Positions 37,493-43,413 of a stretch of DNA of 43,413 nucleotides are shown here, in pieces. The notes under the pieces were generated by a model. That model made no database searches, was not told the DNA's origin, and worked only from the letters and a program-made list of their open reading frames with translations. The position numbers and the translations under genes are program-made. How positions within the stretch are numbered: the stretch's first letter is position 1; each line of letters opens with the position of its first letter. Source of the DNA: Octopus bimaculoides (Eukaryota); contig NC_069001.1 in the NCBI RefSeq assembly GCF_001194135.2, positions 27,643,113 through 27,686,525 on the forward strand, given 5' to 3'.

Positions 37493-38155
37493 TGTTTGTG
37501 ACTATTCATGTATGTATAGTATACAGACATATAAATGTATGTACACACAGTCACGCATATATATTTTTGTTTTGTGTGTGTGTGTGTGTGTTCTGACAAG
37601 AATTATAAAATGTATATTCGGCGAAAATTGAATGCTGGAATGTGTAGAAACATAGAGGATAATATGGATTCTGATACATTTTGTGTGTAAACAGTTTTTT
37701 TCTATGTTTATTTAAAAAATAACATATTTGTAATGCATCAGGGAATATACAAAATGAAATTTTCTTAGGATTATCTGCTAAAAGTAATGTTTACCCTGTA
37801 TTTTTTATTGCATATTTGCAATATCTTTTCAGAGGTTACATTCTGTGTGTTCAATGTATTATTTTATTACATTCTGTCTACACTTTATTAGTATTTCTGT
37901 GGAATTTTGTTCATAGAAATTTTGCTGGGGTGAGATTTTATGGGTGCGTGTATATATGTAGGTATAGTTGTATACATTTCTCACAGCCAATGTGCATTTA
38001 CGTATGGCTGCGTGTGCTTTTGTTTTTGCTGCATCGAAAAAAAAAAAAGATAGTGTGGTTTTGCGATTCAACATTCATATTTTGAAAGAATATTACAGCA
38101 TTAAAATATATACTCGGAACATTGTAAATGTCTGAATCTGTTGAATGTGGTATAC

Positions 38156-38283
38156 CAGGGAAGACTCAATCTGATAAATGATATAAATAGATGCATTCTC
38201 ATGGTTCATGCAAATGGTGCACTTTCCGTCCAAATATCCTTCCCATGTTGGTTTATACCCTATGATTTGAATTTTCCTCTCAA
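38156..38283 (-). CDS. Candidate coding exon of an unidentified gene (128 nt, phase 1-0)
   Basis: Acceptor ccctgtttcatttcag|; only one frame is open: xERKIQIIGYKPTWEGYLDGKCTICMNHENASIYIIYQIESSL. Donor CTG|gtatac is weak. No homology recognised. Confidence 0.2.
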
Positions 38284-39696
38284 CTGAAATGAAACAGGGT
38301 CCAATAATTCAAACAATAAAATCAACAGCTACAATCTGATACATACGATGTAATGCGATCTATTTTAACAACAAAAATACCATATTGCTTTAGCTTTTGG
38401 TATACCCGTACTGATATTTCTAGAAGCGGAAGCTAATCAGTCACCTTTAAAATCGATACATTTCTTGATTGATATCCATCAATATGTGGATGACAGAGCA
38501 ATATCAATTAACAAAATATAATGAAGGTAGCACAAAGATCGACGTTAGTGTACTTTATTTTATATATCATATTGAATTATAATTTATATACACTTTTATC
38601 ACCTGTTATTTAGCTGAAAGTAGGTTACGTTTACGACGAGGACTTTTAACTCTAATTCATTAAGTTCTGTTCTGCACCACACTTTCACTTCTTTATAGAA
38701 TTTCCAAAGAAAATTTCCGCCGCATTCTGAATTGTTCATATTTTATATACATCTGTTTCATTTATCCGCTATAATAAATAATACAAATTTTAATGATTTG
38801 ATTTATATAAACACAAATACACACATACACACATAAGTATACACCCCTGCATGCACACATATATTCCCATGTGCATACACAGAAAAAAGATAGTCGACCC
38901 GTTACAGGTAGTAGTCCGTTTCCTCATTGCTCGTGAAATTACAATCAATTATTATATACCCAGTGAGTAAACAATGTTAGACAGCAATTGTAAAAGCAAA
39001 GATGACTACAGAGAGGAGAACAGAAAACAAGAGATATTTCTCTTGAGAACATGTCACACGATACCAGACACAATCAATCATTATATTTACTCAATCCAAT
39101 TAATTATTTACACTGATTATCTCAATTCTAATATTCCATATATTAAACCACTTATATTCTGGAATCTCACAACCAGGTACAGCAGTTTTCTTTTTTTTTA
39201 ATGAAAGAAGAAAATTAATAAATATTTAAAGAAGAATATTTCATTTTTTTTGTAAAACATTATGTTGAACGCTTCCCGCAGTTGTTGTCTCAGTTATAAA
39301 ACACGTTTGCATCCCCAGATACACACACAAACAGACGCACATATGCATGAGTATGTATTACGGATAGAAAAGTTGATATTTCGATTAACTAGCTTAACAC
39401 TTAAAACTATAGGAATATATATCAATCTTTAGTAACCCACATTCAATGGAGAAACAGACACTCCTGAATCATGACTACTACCCCCGAATGACGTGAGAAA
39501 GAGAGCAGTATCTGTCATGGTTGCCTTTGTCGTCAGGGTAACCAGAATGAGTGGATAATGTTAAATACCACTTACTTACTAGGATCGATGGCATCGAATT
39601 ACAAGTCACGAACAAAAATCCTTACATTCTGTGAAATCTGGAAACCGTAATCTTTGTTATTATCGTTGTTACCGTTATTATAATACTTGTTGTTGC

Positions 39697-40325
39697 TAAG
39701 GCGTTGAGCTGGCAGAACGTTAGCATGCCGGGCGAAATACTTAGCGGTATTTCGTCTGCTTTTACGTTCTGAGTTCAAATTCAGCCGAGATCAACTTTGC
39801 CTTTCATCCTTTCGGGGTCGATAAATTAAATACCAGTTACGTACTGCGGTCGATTTAATCGACTGGCCCCCTCCCCCCAGACTTTGGGTCCTTGTGCCTA
39901 GAGTTGAAAAGAATTATTATAATTATTTTTTTGTGTCGCTATCATCCCGGGAAAACCTCTTAAGAGCATTTCGTCCGTCATTATGTTGTGAATTCAAATT
40001 CTACCGGGGTCTACTTTGCCTTTTTAACTTTCAAGATCGATGAAATAAGAGTAATAGATGTAATCCATTATCTCCTTCCTCCAAAAATTTCAGGCCTTGT
40101 AGTTACAGCAGAATGGATTATTATAATTACTGTTATAGCGATGATCCGGGAGAATCGTTAGAACACCGGATAAAGTGCTTAGCGGCATTTCGTCCGTCTT
40201 CACGCACTGATTTCAAATGCCGCCGAGGTCACATTTGCCTTTCATTCTTTGGAATCGACAAAATAAATTACCAGCTGAGCATCAGTGTAAATACACAATC
40301 CATCTTTGTTCCAAAATTTGAATCA
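39697..40325 (+). mobile_element. Three family A SINEs head-to-tail (about 39697-39915, 39940-40115, 40140-40325)
   Basis: Each has atttcgtc..(t)ga[g/a/t]ttcaaat..ccg..gg(g)tc.actttgccttt and ends in an ATT-rich tail. Confidence 0.85.
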
Positions 40326-41122
40326 TCTATTATTGTTTTTCATGTCGTAGTCGTCGTTACCATGAATCTTTTGCTGTAACCGATGTTTTTGTAATCGCTT
40401 TAGAAAATGTTTGTGTCTTTATATGAACTCAGTTATTTTCACTTAGTTTACAAAACGAATCGGGTTAAAGTACCCGAGCTTAATGGTAAAAAGTTAATAG
40501 TCCATAAATATATAGCACAAGGGAGTATGCTATTGAACGTTATTGATTGAGGTCTCCCAGTCCCTGAACTCTGAATAAGTAACCTCTGCATCACAAACAC
40601 TTATAAAAACATGTTGGCACATAGATCAACACGTGATCACACACAAGAAAGAAAATATTTATACTCACTTCTCATAAAATAACTCATAGCGGTGAAGTCA
40701 CAAAATAATAAGCAATAGATAAATTTAATATAAGAAAATATTGAATCTAGATAATATAAGCTATAAAAAGAGAAAAGGAAATTGCAAATATTTAATAGCA
40801 AATAAAATACAAACATCAGTTTGCATTTAATCCTTCGAACAATTCATTATGTATATTCTATGATATATTAGAGATATTAATAAAAATATAAAACATAATA
40901 AATATGAACTAAATATATTATAATCCCCCAACATCTTCCATGCTTCTACGAATTTTAGGATTATATTTTCTGCCTAATATGCAATTTTCGATATACCTTA
41001 AGAAGATTCGTATACTATACCGTACAAGCACATACACACGCACCACATAAATGCTAGCACATGTATTAATGCAAATGCTCGTACATATGTAGATTTGTAA
41101 ATATATAAATGTGAATAGCCAC

Positions 41123-41181
<59 letters not shown>

Positions 41182-41212
41182 CGTAGTGTATTTGTATATA
41201 CGAGATTGCATG

Positions 41213-41252
<40 letters not shown>

Positions 41253-41718
41253 CACAAACAGATAGAGAGAGACATCAGGAGAGATAGAGAATAGATAGAC
41301 TGATAGATAAATACATTCATACGTACATACGTACATACATACATACATACCATAACATAACATTCATCCATATATGTATATGGATTTATATACGTCTTCG
41401 TGTTGGAGCATACTTAAATATAACTATCCGAAAAATACGTTTATGTGGATATTTTGTAGCCCTGCAAACAGTGTAATTATTCAAATGATGTCAAAGCCTC
41501 ACGATATATGAGCGTATATAAAATCCACGAAAAAATCCACACATGTTCGCAGGCACATATACATGTATATACATATAAAGCATATAGCTTTATGTATATG
41601 CTTTTATTTGCTCTTATATATGTGTGCATTTAAGAATATACAGAGAGCGAGTATGTATTTACATGAAATAAGCGAACACACACATACACACACAAACACA
41701 CACACACATATCTACAAA

Positions 41719-41766
<48 letters not shown>

Positions 41767-42609
41767 AATACTTATGTATATATATGTGTGTGCGTGGATA
41801 AATATATAATGCAGGTATGTATTTAAATTTGTGTTGGTGCATAGAATTTTATCTTCTTCGAATATAGCTATACAGGATTTAATTGCACGCAGACATAATC
41901 ATGAAGTCATATATGTAATCACAGCACACACATCCACACACACACACACACACACTCACTAACACACACTCGCTCACACGCGTTTATGAATGTATCGATT
42001 CTATACGAATAATATATATATAAACAATCTACATACAATTACAAATAATTTACAAGAAGATTATAATCTCTATTTAAATCATATATTTTACATTTCTCTT
42101 AACTTTCTCCGATTTGATGCTTTTTTTAATAATCTATTTTACTTGTATAAGGATTAGTATATTCAATATGTAGCTTTGTTCATAGAGAAATAATACTGAT
42201 CTTATTTCCATATCTCTTGAAATATGGTTATTTATTATTTCGTTTCCGTATTTATATCTGTATTGTCGTGCAAGTTAGTATAACAGTTGATTCATATTTA
42301 TTCTAACATAAGTATTTCTTTGTATTGTTGCAAGTAGATCAAGCGTTGTATAAACTGTGAGATAAGTTCCACAATATTAAAACGTAGCATTGACAATGAA
42401 ATAAGAGATATTTCAAAATTGGTTAATATGTATTGAAATATGTTATGGCAATATTGAGGTCTGTCATAGCTGTACATATCGAATTTGACATATATTAAAT
42501 TCGCGAAACTATTTCGACAACCCCCAGTTGCAGAAAAGAAAATATAACTGGCACACACACACACACACACACACGCACACACACAGACATGCATTTATAT
42601 TTACACATA

Positions 42610-42975
42610 TTAGGTTGGCAACTAAGTTATCGCGGTTTTTAAAAATTTAAATTTTTTAAAAGGTTTAATAAAAATCGTTGGTGCCAAATCAGAATGGTAC
42701 GGCAGGTATGGTAGCACTTCCCAGCCATGCGTTTGAATGGCGTCCTCCGTCATATTGGCGATATGAGGGTGGGCGTTGCGTGCACCAGAACGATTCCATG
42801 CTAACGATTAGGTCTTTTCTCTTCAATAGCAGTGTTGAGTCGTTCCATCCGTTGAACATAGAGTTCCGTGTTGATCGTTTGGTTCCGTTGAAGCAATTCG
42901 TAACGGATAATCCCTTCCCAGTCCCACGATACGCAGAACACCGTTTTGCGCAGATGAAGATCTTGCGTGAGAACG
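42610..42975 (-). mobile_element. Mariner element remnant: 3' TIR plus partial DDD transposase with C-terminal deletion
   Basis: TA then TIR ttaggttggcaactaagttatcgcggtttt (42610-42639). Minus translation QDLHLRKTVFCVSWDWEGIIRYELLQRNQTINTELYVQRMERLNTAIEEKRPNR*HGIVLVH/NAHPHIANMTEDAIQTHGWEVLPYLPYHSDLAPT, then a direct jump to the TIR. Confidence 0.92.
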
Positions 42976-43084
42976 TAGCACACGCAAAGTATTATAAGAT
43001 GCTCAGGGAAGGAAAAGTGTGATTGTTTTACGTTTCGAGCATAACTCTTGTTTGGAAGCAGGATCGGCCATTATTATGATTGAC

Positions 43085-43270
43085 CGTTGACTGAACACTA
43101 TTCAATTTTTTTTCTCCGTGTTTTTTCTCCTTGTCTCCGTATTCTTTCTGTTGAAGAGCGTAGCTCGAAACGTCAAAGACTTTCCGTATTCCCGAGCGTC
43201 ATACTAATATATACTTTTGTTATTTACACCACCTGTCCTCGTCTGTTGTTATTTTTTGTATATTCTCCCA
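43085..43270 (+). mobile_element. Short non-autonomous PLE-LTR-like element carrying a hammerhead motif, ending at (TA)n
   Basis: TCTTT CTGTTGA A GAGC-GTA-GCTC GAAA CG TC AAAGA at 43143-43179, followed by a tail ending tattctccc-(TA)n. Confidence 0.65.
43143..43179 (+). ncRNA. Minimal type I hammerhead ribozyme motif with A6 to U substitution
   Basis: 5-bp stem I TCTTT/AAAGA, 4-bp stem II, palindromic stem III ACGT, GUC cleavage triplet (cut 3' of 43174). Core reads CTGTTGA rather than CTGANGA. Confidence 0.6.
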
Positions 43271-43413
43271 TATATATATATATATATATATATATCATAA
43301 ATATAAGGGATTAGCAATTGAGTTGCTTCTCCAACATACTGAAAATTCAGAAACAGCAGTCAAAGAACTACTGATTCTAAACTACAAATTTTTCTCTAAA
43401 ATGGATGGCGATA

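Noticed and set aside
42678-43022. 114-aa plus-strand ORF
   Set aside because: It is the antisense shadow of the minus-strand mariner transposase.

Overview
AT-rich eukaryotic intronic or intergenic DNA with eight assembly gaps and dense microsatellites. The SINE families and (TA)n/(CA)n load resemble Octopus genomic DNA (inferred from recalled repeat families, not from a search). No complete protein-coding gene is supported, and the supplied ORF track is mostly microsatellite, N-gap and antisense-TE artefact. Mobile-element relics are: an R4/Dong-like LINE fragment, a Helitron 3' end with helicase remnant, three Penelope-like element (PLE) relics, three Tc1/mariner relics, two MITE-like elements and many tRNA-derived SINEs. 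The most interesting signal is a set of minimal type I hammerhead-ribozyme (HHR) motifs of the PLE kind in three unrelated short elements. One is a ~135-bp inverted pair at 17.8-18.1 kb with one intact catalytic core, one is a tRNA-headed SINE-like element with an HHR tail at 36.0-36.3 kb, and one is a back-to-back pair at 43.0-43.2 kb. A few unassigned candidate exons are reported at low confidence.
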